A program made the position numbers and the translations under genes. Shown here piece by piece: positions 25,528 to 38,523 of a stretch of DNA of 64,000 nucleotides. This DNA is from Octopus sinensis (Eukaryota): the NCBI RefSeq assembly GCF_006345805.1, contig NC_043008.1, positions 10,912,001 through 10,976,000 on the forward strand, in the 5' to 3' direction. The number at the start of each line of letters is the position of its first letter. The first letter of the stretch is position 1. The notes below the pieces were generated by a model. The model saw only the letters and a list, made by a program, of their open reading frames with translations, did not search any database and was not told where the DNA came from.

Positions 25528-27842
25528 TTGCTTTTTCAGAGCCTGTACTTCAGATAATTGAAGAAATAAAACAACATCATTAGCTCGCGTAAACCTTCCT
25601 TATAAAAATAAAACGAAGAACATCTCCACTACACCCACACTCACACACTCACACATAAACTGACACACACACCACACACACACACACACACATTTAAAAA
25701 AAAACTTATAAAAAAATAATAAAGATTAAATAAAGAAAATAAATGAGGAAGAATCGTCAAAACACTATCAATATCAGAAACAACTAAATAATAACCAGAA
25801 GAGAATAACATAAAATAAATAATTAGAAAAAAACTTTAAAAAAAACCAAAAAAACATGCATAACAAACTTTTAGCAAACAATTTCCACTTCTGGAGGAAA
25901 ACATAGAATAATGTTTAAAATGAACTAAAAACAAAAACAAAAACAAATACCGTGAGAAATTCTAACAAAAACAAGAGGAAATAAAAACGAAATTTAGCCA
26001 TTGTATTGATATTCCACATTGCAATCAATGAGTGATAGGAAACAAAATCTGAAGAAAAGAAAGATCTAAACACGCCAATAAAATATAACACAAGAAAACA
26101 ATATTTATTTTCGTTTTGTTTTGGTTGATTTTGATTCCTAAGCGCGTGTCTTTTCTCAGTTATTAGTTTTAGTTTTAGTTTTAATAATCTAAATTTGGAA
26201 CTAATTCCTGAACGTTGATGATTTCTAATGTTTGTTTTGGTGTTATTTCTTTCAGTGAAAACTATAGAAAGTTCCCGTCAACGGAAATTATCAACGGAGA
26301 AACTAGAGAAATTTAGGCAGATCAGTGCCAGCCAACTCAATATATGCCGATTTCTGTTTCTCAATGTCGAATTGTTTAAATGATATTAATTATTGAAAAT
26401 AATGATTCCTAATTAAGCATGCAACTCAATTAGAAGTGAAAAGAGAAAAACAAAAAAAAAATGGAAAAAAAACTAAAAGAATTTGTATTATTTTCGCGTT
26501 CATGTGTTTCTCCCAAAAGGACATAAGTGCACGAAAAGTAGGAACATTGTGAACAGGAATCGAAAAACACATCCCAAAATTAGTTTCAATAAATCAGTTG
26601 GTTATTGAGACCAAAGTTAACCAATGTTGCAATCCATGCCTGCTATTTGGCCCACTTGGTTTTTGCTTTTGTCTCAGTGCTAAGTCTGGTTCACCTCTAA
26701 AGTTATTTTAATTCCTCATTCACACCAATGAGGTGAAGGATTAAATCTACCACACAAGGGCAGGAAAGAAAAAGTTCTATAAATTTCCGTCTAGCAAGTT
26801 TCTTTTACGGCTTCGGTAGAAGACACTCAATACACTTCGAAGGTGACGGAGTGGGGTAAATTTGAAGCATGTAGCTCCATTGCAAACCCCTCAACATCAC
26901 AGTTTTGTCGAGTATTTAACACAGAACATCGTTAGATAAGTTTATTTACAAGACAATGTGAACTAAATGCCCTGTAAGAAATAGAAAATGGTGAGCATTG
27001 TAGTTCGATTTATGCCACCGGAATTCTGGTCTCAGTGTTTAAGTAATGTGTCATATCCCATATTCTGAAGTATTAACTGAAAAAATATAGTAATATATAA
27101 AACAAAATAAAGGCTCCACCCTGTAGATCAATTCTTAATCGATATATTGGAAGTAAATTGATATACTAGTGCACATTATACCTAAGACATTGCGAAAACA
27201 GAGTTTCTAAACGTTTCATTCCCATTTTATATAATTCGTTTCTGTAATTGGAAAACAACAGGCCGGGGCACTACCTTCAAGTGTTTTTGCGGATAATGCC
27301 GATTCGAGTTCTAATACGTTAGTATTGTTTCATAATTCGCGTAAAAAAACTAAATACAAAATGACTCTTTGTGGTAGAAGAAACAACCAACAGCGTGTAG
27401 GATTTGTTACTTGAACAATTCCTTTTCCATCCTAGCTTTCGACTGTTGAAGTCTATAACTATTTTCCAGTTTCATTTGGAGAATTCATTAAAGCAAACGA
27501 TTTCTAAGTGACAGGTGTCAAGTATACAATAAATAAAGAACACTGAATAATTATGGAACACCTTAAAATTACATAAATTGCATCCGGTTTCTTTTTAAAA
27601 CAAATGTTGTACACAACTACCTATTCCATTCCTTCCACACAGAGACTCACTCAATTATCGCAAGATAAGCAACTTTTGTTGCTATTTCCTGGAATTGTAT
27701 AGTAGCAATCATCTAAATAGAATTTCTACCTTACATCGATATGGGATTAAATGCATTAGATAATCATTTAATATACTTTATTAATCAATTATCGTTACCT
27801 GTGTGTTATCTATACGAGTCTTGTCCAAGCTAGAGGAATACC

Positions 27843-27993
27843 TATTTCTTTACTACCCACAAGGGGCTAAACGTAGAGAGGACAAACAAGGACAGACAAA
27901 CGGATTACGTCGATTATGTCGACCCCAGGGCGTAACTGGTATTTAATTTATCGACCCCGAAAGGATGAAAGGCAAAGTCGACCTCGGTGGAAT
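27843..27993 (-). mobile_element. 5'-truncated SINE A module with a perfect 16-bp TSD
   Basis: aagctagaggaatacc at 27827-27842 and 27994-28009. Confidence 0.9.
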
Positions 27994-28619
27994 AAGCTAG
28001 AGGAATACCATTTGCTTTTACCACTTTCGTTGGCAACTCACTACTTTATCATTATATACATACACACAGAGACATGCAAACACACACCCATAAACACACA
28101 CACACACCCACACACCCACACACACACATTCATTGATTAATGTGTAGCATGTAATACATATTCATCATTGCTAAATGTTACTTGTTCTACACATGACATT
28201 TATGGAATTAAGTTTTCAAATCAGAGATGTGTTTTTTTTCCTATATTTTTTATGTTGTTATGTCTACGTGAATATTTATAATAGCAATTCATTTGTCTCA
28301 TTAAAGTGAATAAAACAGATTAAATTGTATAATTATTCGTATGGAATCTTTTTAACTGAATTTATTAAATATGGTAAATGTCAAGTATTTTATTGGTAGT
28401 ATATTAAAATGAATTTAATATTTGAATTTTTTAACATAACGAAGCCGTTGTAACTATTATGCAAATAACTGTTTTTTTTTCTTATTAATATGCAAGAAGT
28501 TTGTAAAAGCATTGATGAGTGTGTGTGACATTCGTCGAAGTTGTTTTTCCTTTGCAAATGTTTGTACTCTCGTCTAGCAAAATAATTTTACTTAAATTGT
28601 TGTTGCTTACATAATAATA

Positions 28620-29060
28620 AATCTCCTGTTTATTGTTCAGAAAACTGCACAAACCAAGCTAATGGCATTTCTAAATTTACCTGTGAGGCACCATGTTATA
28701 TGCCTTCTTGCCCAGGCCATTGCCAAGTTTGTCAACTTTCTCTTTAAGATCACCTTATTGACAAGTAAGTAATCCTTTGGCCCCTCTAAAATCTTTTTCT
28801 TTAACCCTTACCTTACCACTAGCAACCCATTTCTTCCAAGGCGTTCATACAGTTTTTCTCCCATTATTCCAGTGAGGAAATTTCATAACATGTGTAAGCA
28901 AGCGATTGACTGATAGTTATTAGCCTCAGAGCCCTTAATTGGATCTTCCTATATCAGCACCGTTCTTCCTCTGACCAACCGCTCCCATCGAGTACACTGG
29001 GAGATGTGCAGGGGTTAGCGGCTACAAGGTACCAAGAAGTAGTACGAACACTAACCCTAG
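28620..29060 (-). mobile_element. Decayed R4/Dong-like reverse transcriptase fragment
   Basis: Minus strand RLVRGRTVLI*EDPIKGSEANNYQSIACL..GIMGEKLYERL..GPKDYLLVNKVIL..LAMAW (RT N-terminal domains). Confidence 0.8.
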
Positions 29061-29104
29061 CGGTAGCAGAAAATAATTGAATGAAATTCACGTGAGATAT
29101 AAAC

Positions 29105-29320
29105 ATGTATATGTTTGTGTGTCTGTTTGTCCCCACCAACATCGCTTGACAACCGATGCTGGTTTGTTTACGCCCCCGTAAATTAGCGGTTCGGCAAAAG
29201 TAACCGATATAATAATTACTAGGCTTACAAGGAATAAGTCCTGGGGTAGATTTGCTCGACTAAAGGCGGTGCTCCAGCATGGTCGCAGTCAATGACTGAA
29301 ACAAGTAAGAGAGTAAAGAG
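29105..29320 (+). mobile_element. SINE family B, 3' half
   Basis: tgtttgtccccacc...aaaggcggtgctccagcatggtcgcagtcaatgactgaaacaagtaagagag. Confidence 0.9.
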
Positions 29321-29339
29321 TAATCAACAAAGATAAACA

Positions 29340-29660
29340 GCTGCATCGTAATTGGTCGGATATGAATCTCCTACTGAAAGAGGCCAAAGATCTTTGTTGA
29401 CATAAGTGGTGCTGGCTGATCAGAAAATTTTGAAAACGATGCGAAATGAGGAAATCGAGAAGTATCAAGTCTTGGCATTTAAAGTGGGACGTATTCCTAG
29501 AGCCTGAAGAGAGGGTCTTGCTCACTGTGATTAGGGCACTTACAACCATTTCAAGGAAGACAGAAACCTGGCATAAATGCATGGGTTGAATAATGTACCG
29601 TGTCTCTATACTGTGGTAAGCGACATGTCACATAGCTCAAAACATCATAACTGGAGACAA
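29340..29660 (+). mobile_element. Decayed RLE-LINE endonuclease / 3' fragment
   Basis: VDIS..DQKI..EEIEKYQVLAF..VIRALTTI resembles the IDxSxP..EKxxKY..GALG C-terminus seen intact at 61071-61340. Confidence 0.65.
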
Positions 29661-29750
29661 CTACTACTACTACTACTACCCCCACCCCACCCCCAACTAC
29701 TACTACTAATACTACTACTACTACTACTATTACTACTAATGATAATAATG

Positions 29751-29801
<51 letters not shown>
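29661..29801. repeat. (CTA)n then (TAA)n microsatellite
   Basis: Directly visible. Confidence 0.9.
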
Positions 29802-29805
<4 letters not shown>

Positions 29806-29819
29806 TCTTCAATTCAATT

Positions 29820-30430
29820 CACTTCAATCCACGGAGGACGTTGCAAGTGAAGAAAAGAGGTTATGACTGGGATATGAAAACCTGAAACAGAAAACGGAAT
29901 CGTTAGTTACAGCCACGCAAGAATTAAGCTGTAAGAGCGAATTCGATGAAGAAAAAGGTTGATAAAACTCCCTTTTGACAGCAAAAGATGAATGAGTGGA
30001 AAAGGGAGATGAAAATATTAGCTAACTTGTAGTAAGAGAATTCAGTAAGGCAGCGCAAGAATCGTTTAAACTTTGACATGACTGTCGGTAAAAGATTGTA
30101 TTTGGATGTTAGTCAAGTTTATGGATTTGAAGTCACAGAAAATTTGTATGAACAGGAGCCAGAAGCTGTCACGATGAATCATAATTACAAGATTTTATCG
30201 GATTTCTCCATAGAGTCTGATCATACTATTAATGCAAGGAAACTAGCTACAATCGTGGAAGTTAAAAAGATCAGTGTAAGATCATTGACTTCTCGGTGTG
30301 TATGACACTAAAGTGTCAAGGTAACTGAGAACATCGAGAAATTATAGGAGGACTGTTTAGAGAGATGAAGAAATTGTGGAACACAAGGGTGGAAATTACT
30401 CTTCTGGGAATTGGAGTGATTCAAATTTTT
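29820..30430 (+). mobile_element. Decayed RLE-LINE 3' fragment
   Basis: ENLKQKTESLVTATQEL, YEQEPEAVTMNHNYKILSDFSIESDHTINARK, EKL..REMKKLWNTRV. Confidence 0.78.
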
Positions 30431-30687
30431 TTTGCTGGGTTCTTTTTTTTTTCTGGAGTTTTTTTTTTCCTTCTTTGCACCATTACCGACAGTTTGGAAT
30501 TTGTTTCACTATCAGCAACGCCTTCTCGACACAAGCCAATGAGATAATGAGATGTCGCTGCTCTGTATGTTAAAGTGAGCAGGTACATGATACATAGTTT
30601 TCGATAATGGGGAGTGTGAATTTCGTCGTCATCTTAGGATGTTTTAACCGTAGAGCTCATGAGGCTGGGATCTGCTGCCGTTGATGT

Positions 30688-30784
30688 TACTAGGCTTACA
30701 AAGAATGTCCTGAGGTCGATTTGCTCGACTAAAGGCGGTGCTCCAGCATGGTGGCCACTGTCAAATGCCAGAAACAAGTAAAAG

Positions 30785-30786
<2 letters not shown>
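30688..30786 (+). mobile_element. SINE family B 3' tail fragment
   Basis: tactaggcttacaaagaat...ggcggtgctccagcatgg...aacaagtaaaaga. Confidence 0.85.
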
Positions 30787-30847
<61 letters not shown>

Positions 30848-31225
30848 TAGTTTTATTTTTATAGCGTGCTTTCACTTCACTACCGAGCGCAGCTCTGTGT
30901 GCCTTGGGTGGGTGCTGTGATTTGTTGTGATGCTCTGATGGTTACTGCATTGAAAGTGTTTTGCGTAGGATATGTGCAGTGCCTAGTAGTGCAATTTTCT
31001 GTATGTTATATATATTTTTAAGTCCTGGTGTTTTTGTTATATATTTGTCTGAATATTTTTTTAATCTTTGTTAATGCACCTACTATGATAGAAATTGTTT
31101 CTGTTCCACATTCGAGTTACTTCTATTTCCAGGTCTTTGTTTTTGAAAGTTTCTCCATTTCTTTTAGAGACATGTCATCTGCTGGTATTGATACATCAAT
31201 TAGAAAGCATTTTTTCTTCATGATC
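30786..31225 (-). mobile_element. 5'-truncated Dong-like LINE 3' end with (TAA)n tail
   Basis: Minus strand KKCFLIDVSIPADD..KEMEKLSK..DLEIEVTRMW, a 3' UTR, then (TAA)n at 30786-30843. Confidence 0.85.
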
Positions 31226-33084
31226 TTACAGTCACAGGTGAACATGACAGTAGAGAAGCGACGCACAGCCGCCTGGTCGGATTCTGGCTCTAAATGCAGA
31301 GTATTCTTCTTTTGAAAAATTTGGCGATTTTCCGTTAGCGCTTTCACAACACCACAGTTTATTGGCACTTATTGATGTTTCTATTGTTGGTATGCTTTCC
31401 TTTCGATTTGCTATTCCCGTGGGCAGAAACATGCAACCAGACTTTGCTATCACATATTTAGCGACTGGGTTTCTTGCATTGCGCTACCAACCACAACATT
31501 TTTGTTTCACCTTCCACGACTTGAAACAGTTCTGGTGTAGTCTCTTAATTTTCAAGATTGTATGTTTATTCAGACCACAACCTGACTACATATAACACTT
31601 CATGACTTCAGCACTCTCCACCTGCTTTTACTATTCCACGACTAACACAACTAACAGAGGATTAATCTTAATCTTAAATTATCTTAATCCTCGCTTTTCT
31701 TCACTTTTGTTTCACAAATATATGCGCAGGTGTGTATGAAACTTGCTTTGTCCGTTTGCAGGATTCATACACATTGCTCAAAACCATACACACAAACTCG
31801 TATGCTTTTCCTTGGTTAATTGAGATAGCATTTTGTTAAGCTTCGTTCGTACAATCAAAGGTCCGTTATCTCAAGCAAGAAAGGGATATAACATAGTGAT
31901 GGAAACTGATACGTTTATGGACAACCAAAAAATGTTTTCGAGAAGCTGGCCGTTGCAATTTTAGGTTCAAATTGCCTGATAAAAAGGGTAAAGATATTAC
32001 TGTCTGTGAGTGTAGCAGGGGCTGTATTCTTTGATCTCTGATTAAAAACAATATGAATAGCGATAGAGTCTGTTTATAGCAAACTGTATCTGATTCTTGG
32101 TAAAATTAATTATGGAGTCTAACGTTCCGAAAATAACTGATACAGGTGCGTGCACTACTGCTCTGCATGAGTTGGATAAAGTTCTTCTCCAATCAGTGTT
32201 TCATCGTCAGTTTTTACCCTAACTACCTACACAATATATACACAATAGACAGACACACATACATATATTCATGTGTTTATCTTTGTATGGATGTGTGTGT
32301 GTGTGTGTGTGTATGTGTGTTGTAGTAGTAGTTTCAGTTATACACGTTTAGTTCTTCAAATAATTGGAAGGGTGGTAGCTGAATAAATGTTGGAGTGTTT
32401 GTATTGACTGGAAAGCGAAAAATACATTGAGTCTGCCCCTGAGATGAATTATAAGACATATGAGGCCAGTTCAAGAGTAGATTCACCAAAGATGATTAAA
32501 TGCTGCTTCAGAAAAATTTCAAACATTAGCCACTAATGATACTGATGAGAACACCTATGCAGTCATCAACACAATAACAAATCATTTTACCTTGACGTGA
32601 TTAATCTGAAGATTGTTAATTATCATAAAAACTACTGTTAAATTTTTATCGTTTGCTCTATTATAAGAGCTACAGAAGAAACATCGATGCAGCTGCCAAT
32701 TGACGTGCAGAGCTAGGCCAGTGGTGGCCTACTCTTAGACAGGTCCTGCGCATGTGAACCTTTACCAGCAATCTCTATACAATCGGGGAGAGCCCAACCA
32801 TCCCCTACCGTGAAGAAGTAGATTACTGAGTAATCGACGTGCAAGTAATAGTAGCCAAACCGCACAGCAAACTGTACTGTTATAGACATAAGAAGGAGGC
32901 ATGTATATCTAGTATATGTACCCTAAGTCTACAGCTTAAAGAATGATGAGTATGATTTGGGCATCTTTGAATTTATTTTTGCGTGTCTATACTATTGGGA
33001 GAAAATTGTTCTCCAAGAGAAAATCACTCTGTGAATGCCATTCACGTTTTAGTGTCTCGGAAGGTGTTAAAACTAAATGTTCAC

Positions 33085-33205
33085 ATCGTTATGATAAAGA
33101 AAAGTGAAAGATAGACAACCATAAAGAGAGTTGGAAGAGAGTGAAAGAAACTATTATGAAGAGTGATAGATTTGAGGGATAGGTAGGTGAGAGATTGACT
33201 AAGTA

Positions 33206-33250
<45 letters not shown>

Positions 33251-33600
33251 GAGAGGTAGATAGAGACAGAGTGCATACAGGAGGGAGAGAGAGAAAGATA
33301 TAAAGAGACAGAGAGAAAGAGGGAGAGATAGAAAACATGTTCAGCAATCAGTTGAGTAGATAGTGAAATATAGTGAAGGATGGAGAAGACGAGAGAATTT
33401 AAGTAGTACAGGAATGAGAAGGAGATAGTGCACGTGCGAAATGGAGTATAGAGAGGAAGAAGTGAGATGAAGAAGTATAAGAGGTGGGAGAAATAGAAAG
33501 AACGAAGTGTATTACATAGATACATAAATAGGTGGAAGAAGGAAAGCTTGAGAGGAATTGAGAAAGATGCAGAAAGCAGTCAGCCTCTAAGCAACAAGTG
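33085..33600. repeat. GA-rich polypurine low-complexity tract
   Basis: Directly visible. Confidence 0.85.
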
Positions 33601-34751
33601 AAACCAGTAATGCTGCAAAAAGCGAATGAAGCAAAACTTGAAATTGAATTACCAAACAAGGACACAAATAAGACTTAAATGTTGAATGATTAAACGTATT
33701 GAACGTGTGATTTGAGATGTTAAAGGAAATGAAACAAGGCTTAGATGAGAAAATTACGAAACATTGGAAGAAGGCATAAGGTAACCCCGTCATTTTCGAC
33801 AGGTACTGCATTAACACATTACATTAAATAATGGAAGATTAAATACGTTGAAAGTTTGATTTTTTAGAGTTTATCTCCTGGTATATAACCGATATATTTG
33901 TGATACATTGGTAGCTACGGTGCTGTAATTTATCAACAATATATTTCTTTATCATTAGCTGTTATACGTTAACACAAAGCGATAAATTTATAAGCGAGTA
34001 AGTCGCATGATGGTTTCTTTTCATGAAGCGACAGCAAACCTGATGCATTTCCTGTTTCCGCCAGTGTCCCCATGCATTGTCGTTAACATTATCAAGTGAG
34101 ATAATGCAGTATATTTTCCTTGTTTGTTAAATACGTATGTATTAAACATTTCATAGTTTTTATTGTTCTTTTACGATTGAAAGGCATCGCCTGTAAATAG
34201 CAATTCCTTTGTAACGAACGCTTTTGGCATAGCAAAATGTTGTGTCAGATTTATTGTTCTCTTACTATTTATCACGCATATTCTTAGAATTAGTTGTCTT
34301 TGAAACGAATGACATATTTGCAACCAATTCCAAGTAGTATGTATTGCTTGCGGGTTTTGCTGCTTTTGCATCAGGTTTTAAATAATTCATGAATGTGAAT
34401 ATTTTTTTCTATTTTTACTGATAGAATTTTACAATTTCATGCGCAGTTAAGTTAACTTTATCTGATACTCTTTTTCACGGGTAAGTAGATATAATCGAAA
34501 TATAGCATGGAGATAGCAGATTGGCAAAAAAAAATGTGAGTCGGAGGAAATGGCTTAATATGTTTACTTAGGCACATTTAATTCTGAGTTCGAATATTTC
34601 TTAGGTCAGCCTTGTCTTTCATGCATCTGTCGTTGCAAAAATAATGTAGCAGTCAATGTAACCATCCACGTGCTCCTGTGTTTCCTTCGCTCTCCATCTT
34701 GGTCAGTTGTTGATGAGTAATGAATAGTTACTGAACAACGTATATATTACT

Positions 34752-34902
34752 GGAGGCACATGGCCTAGTGGTTAGAGCAACGGACTCGCGAATTTAAGTT
34801 TTGGACATTCGTCTATGCTTCGGCGTTGATGACTAAGCCCTTCAAGATGGTGCCCCAGCATGACCGCCGTTCACTGATTGAAACAAGTAAAAGATAAAAG
34901 AT
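34752..34902 (+). mobile_element. Short chimeric SINE: family C-like tRNA head with family B-like tail
   Basis: ggaggcacatggcctagtggttagagcaacggactcgcg followed by gatggtgccccagcatgaccgc...gaaacaagtaaaagataaaag. Confidence 0.7.
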
Positions 34903-35104
34903 AGCAGATTTTTTATAGATTTTCCAATGGCATCAAAATAAAAATCCAGCAGACTAATTCTCCAAGAGACGAAATCCATCGGAATATATTTCACTTTATA
35001 TTGGGCAACATGGAAGCCTCAATGTAGTCTAATAACTTGCTAAAAATAATAGCCAAATTTCTTCAAATCATAGCCTATGATCTTAAAAATGAAGGACTCA
35101 TTTG

Positions 35105-35460
35105 AGATGTTTACCTTTTGACCGACAGATTTAAAAAATAATTTTTTGTAACTAAACACTTTCAAACTTCGGACACTGGTAGAATGTGTCACATAAAACA
35201 TGTTTTACTCTTGTTACGCCGGACGTTCTTGTTGACAAACAACAGCAGTAATTTTATTCAGCTGAATACACGTCATTGGTTGAAGTTACCGAAATACGAG
35301 AACTTTAACGTGAAATAACTTCGTAAATATAAGTTTTTCTTAAAAATGCTAAGAGTAAAATATGTTTTATATGAAATATTCTACCAGTGCCTGAAGTTTG
35401 AAAGTGTTCAGTTACAAACAAATTATTTTTTAAATATGTAAATCAAAAGGTAAAGATCCT
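35105..35460. mobile_element. Foldback MITE, same family as 1867-2131, opposite orientation
   Basis: About 105-bp imperfect inverted arms (35105-35210 vs 35350-35460); the centre matches the reverse complement of 1960-2100. Confidence 0.8.
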
Positions 35461-36724
35461 TCATTTGATATATAAATGTTAAGTGTGGAATGATGAGCCG
35501 GAGCATATTTCATCAAATAATAAACCGAATTCATCTAAAGTGAAATCACTTCCATCCGTTTCCACATGACAACTGTCTATCATAAAATGGTTCTTTCTAC
35601 AATGTTTCCAATAACTCCTCCGGCAATGCCCACAGCATATAAGCACTACATGTAGTTGAAAATAGGGAGAAACAAAACTGTTCAGATACTTGTGAAACCA
35701 AATGTAATGCGATTCCTGTCACATTCTGATTTGAGTAAACAATACTGAACAGTTTGTATAGTCATTTACACCTAATTAATTTCTTCTCCATCTTTCACAA
35801 AATATAATTATCCTTTACGCTTAAGTAAAGTTTTTGCATTTGAAAAATAAGAAAGAATCAGTAAAAACCATCCAAGTGGTTTTCTTGGTTTTCTTTTCCA
35901 GAGGTGAGTCAGAAAACCTTATATGCAACCAGCTAAGGAGACGCAACTTTCAAGTAAATGCCCTCTATTTTAAATCTCGCATAGTTCAATGAATACGACA
36001 TTAGGCTGTGTCCCAAACACAGATGATCAAAATTAGTCTGTTTAGGAGAAGTATTCATTCATACGACGCGTCTCGTTTCAAGCTCTATCTAAAATAATGA
36101 TTGAAGCATAATAAATGAATAAATAAATTCATCTCAGAAAATAGTCTTATTTTTTATAGATATTTAGGAACCTTGTTCACGATTACTACTATACAGCATT
36201 ATTTTTTCTTCTGTTGCAATCGATTAGAGACTTTTTTCTTCACGAATCTATTCTGCCCACATATATACACAAGAACACTTTAACATTTTAGCAAGTGTGT
36301 AGCGTAAATCATTACATTATACAAACGACTTCATCATAGATTAATTAAAAACAAAACTCCAATTTTCCAAAGTAGCAAAGTTAAGTAACAAATATTAATA
36401 TGCTTGATGGGAAAAAGAAGAAACTCATTTCAGAAACTAAAAGAGTATATTAATTAAGAAACAGTGTTTCTCACAGAACTTAAGTAAAACGAGATTTAAA
36501 AAACATTTTACAGGTGGCTGTATTTAATTTCTTCAAACGAAATAGAAGAGCGTCAATTAATTGGATCATCCCCATTGATAATACCCTTTGTACATTCGCG
36601 CAGTAACAAAGACGAGAACAGAGATGCCTGTATACAAACACTTATACGAACATTTTCTTGCTTACAAAATTCCTTGTTATCTCCATTGCGCAAAAAAGTC
36701 CATTATATAAATACACGCTGACCA

Positions 36725-36793
36725 CATACATACATACATACATACATACATCATACATACGTACATACATATATATATATATACATACATACA

Positions 36794-36827
<34 letters not shown>

Positions 36828-37124
36828 CATACATACATATATACATACATACATATATACATACATATATACATACATACATACATACATATACATACAT
36901 ACATACATACACACATACATACATATATACATACATACATACATACATACATACATCATACATACATACATATATACATACATCATACATACATATATAC
37001 ACACATACATACATACATACATATATACATACATCATACATACATACATACATATATACATACATACATATATACATACATACATACATGCATGCATGCA
37101 GGCATACATACATGCATGCGTACA

Positions 37125-37158
<34 letters not shown>

Positions 37159-37242
37159 CATACATGCATGCGTACATACATACATATATACATACATACA
37201 TGCATGCGTACATACATACATACATACATGCATGCATGCGTG

Positions 37243-37274
<32 letters not shown>

Positions 37275-37380
37275 CATACATACATACATTCATGCGTACA
37301 TACATACATACATGCATGCGTACATACATACATAGAAACATACATACATACATGCATACATACATACGCACGCACGTACA
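36725..37380. repeat. About 650 bp (TACA)n tetranucleotide tract with TGCA variants
   Basis: Directly visible; explains the MYVC and HTYI ORFs. Confidence 0.95.
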
Positions 37381-38466
37381 AACAGATTCATAAATGCGTA
37401 TAGAGAAGACATAGCGGTGATACATGGCTTCACTTGTAATTAAAAATGGCTTCCAAATTCAAAACATGATGTAAAAGAAAATAATAAAATTTTAGATTAT
37501 TAATAAAACAAGATTATTAATTTAGAAATTAAGTTTTTTTTTCTTTCTAGCTCACATTTAAAGTTTTCTCTTCTTTTGTACAAATTACAAATTATCTTGT
37601 TTCGCATTTTACACAGACATGGATTTGAAGCAGATTGGTTTAAGAATATTCTTGTCGCAATACATACTTCGAAATGAAAAGAGAAGTAAGTAGCAAGTTT
37701 ATTTTAAAGAACGACATAATGGTATATTAAACTGTTTGGTCTCATATCACTCTGTTTAAATGCAAGACGAAAAAGAAACTAGCTCCCACATTGTAGCTGA
37801 TAATAAAACTAAATTCAAATAGATTTTATAATGTGGAATGACAAATTTCTTAGATTCAGGAATCAATAACAGCTGAAAGTCTAATCTTGATTTCAATTCC
37901 GTTGGTGCAGTTGACACGAGAAAACAAATAAGAAAACGATCTCGGTGCCATAATACTTATAGACTGTCGAATGGTTTTAATTTATTATTCATCCACGAAC
38001 GCAAAAACCAAAAAAAAAAAAAAGAAAAAAAAGCTATCTCCGTCATGGCAGTGAATAGAACATTGTTCAGTGATCTAAGTCGGACGTTCCTGATTAATAT
38101 GTTGTTTGATCACAAGAAACCAGGCGCTGCAGACTGTTGGAATCATACGAGGCCAACCATACGGAACTTTGCTTTATAATTTCTTTCTCCTTTTTTTAGA
38201 ACAAAAATTGCTTTTGTTGTGATCCTCCGATGTTGCTTTAAGATATAATTTATTACATCGTATGAAAGCAATATTTATGCCGCCAGAAATGCAGTAAATC
38301 AGCATTCTGCATTTTCAAACCTGTGACCCGCGTTCCTGGCAAAAATAACGAAGCAAGAATGGATAGTGTACGTAAAAATATGGAATAGCTGACTTAATGT
38401 AGCCTTTCAGAAGTATATCAACTTAGTTTCTTATGTGGGCCAAGTATTCTTTCCTCTAGGATATAT

Positions 38467-38523
<57 letters not shown>

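Noticed and set aside
31900-32035. Cys-rich peptide WTTKKCFREAGRCNF...CECSRGCIL*
   Set aside because: No start codon, signal peptide or credible acceptor; consistent with chance
35480-35650. Minus-strand acceptor followed by LYAVGIAGGVIGNIV (GPCR TM1-like)
   Set aside because: The frame stops after 21 codons with no donor before the stop
38170-38380. Strong plus-strand acceptor at about 38199
   Set aside because: Stops in all three frames soon after and no clear donor
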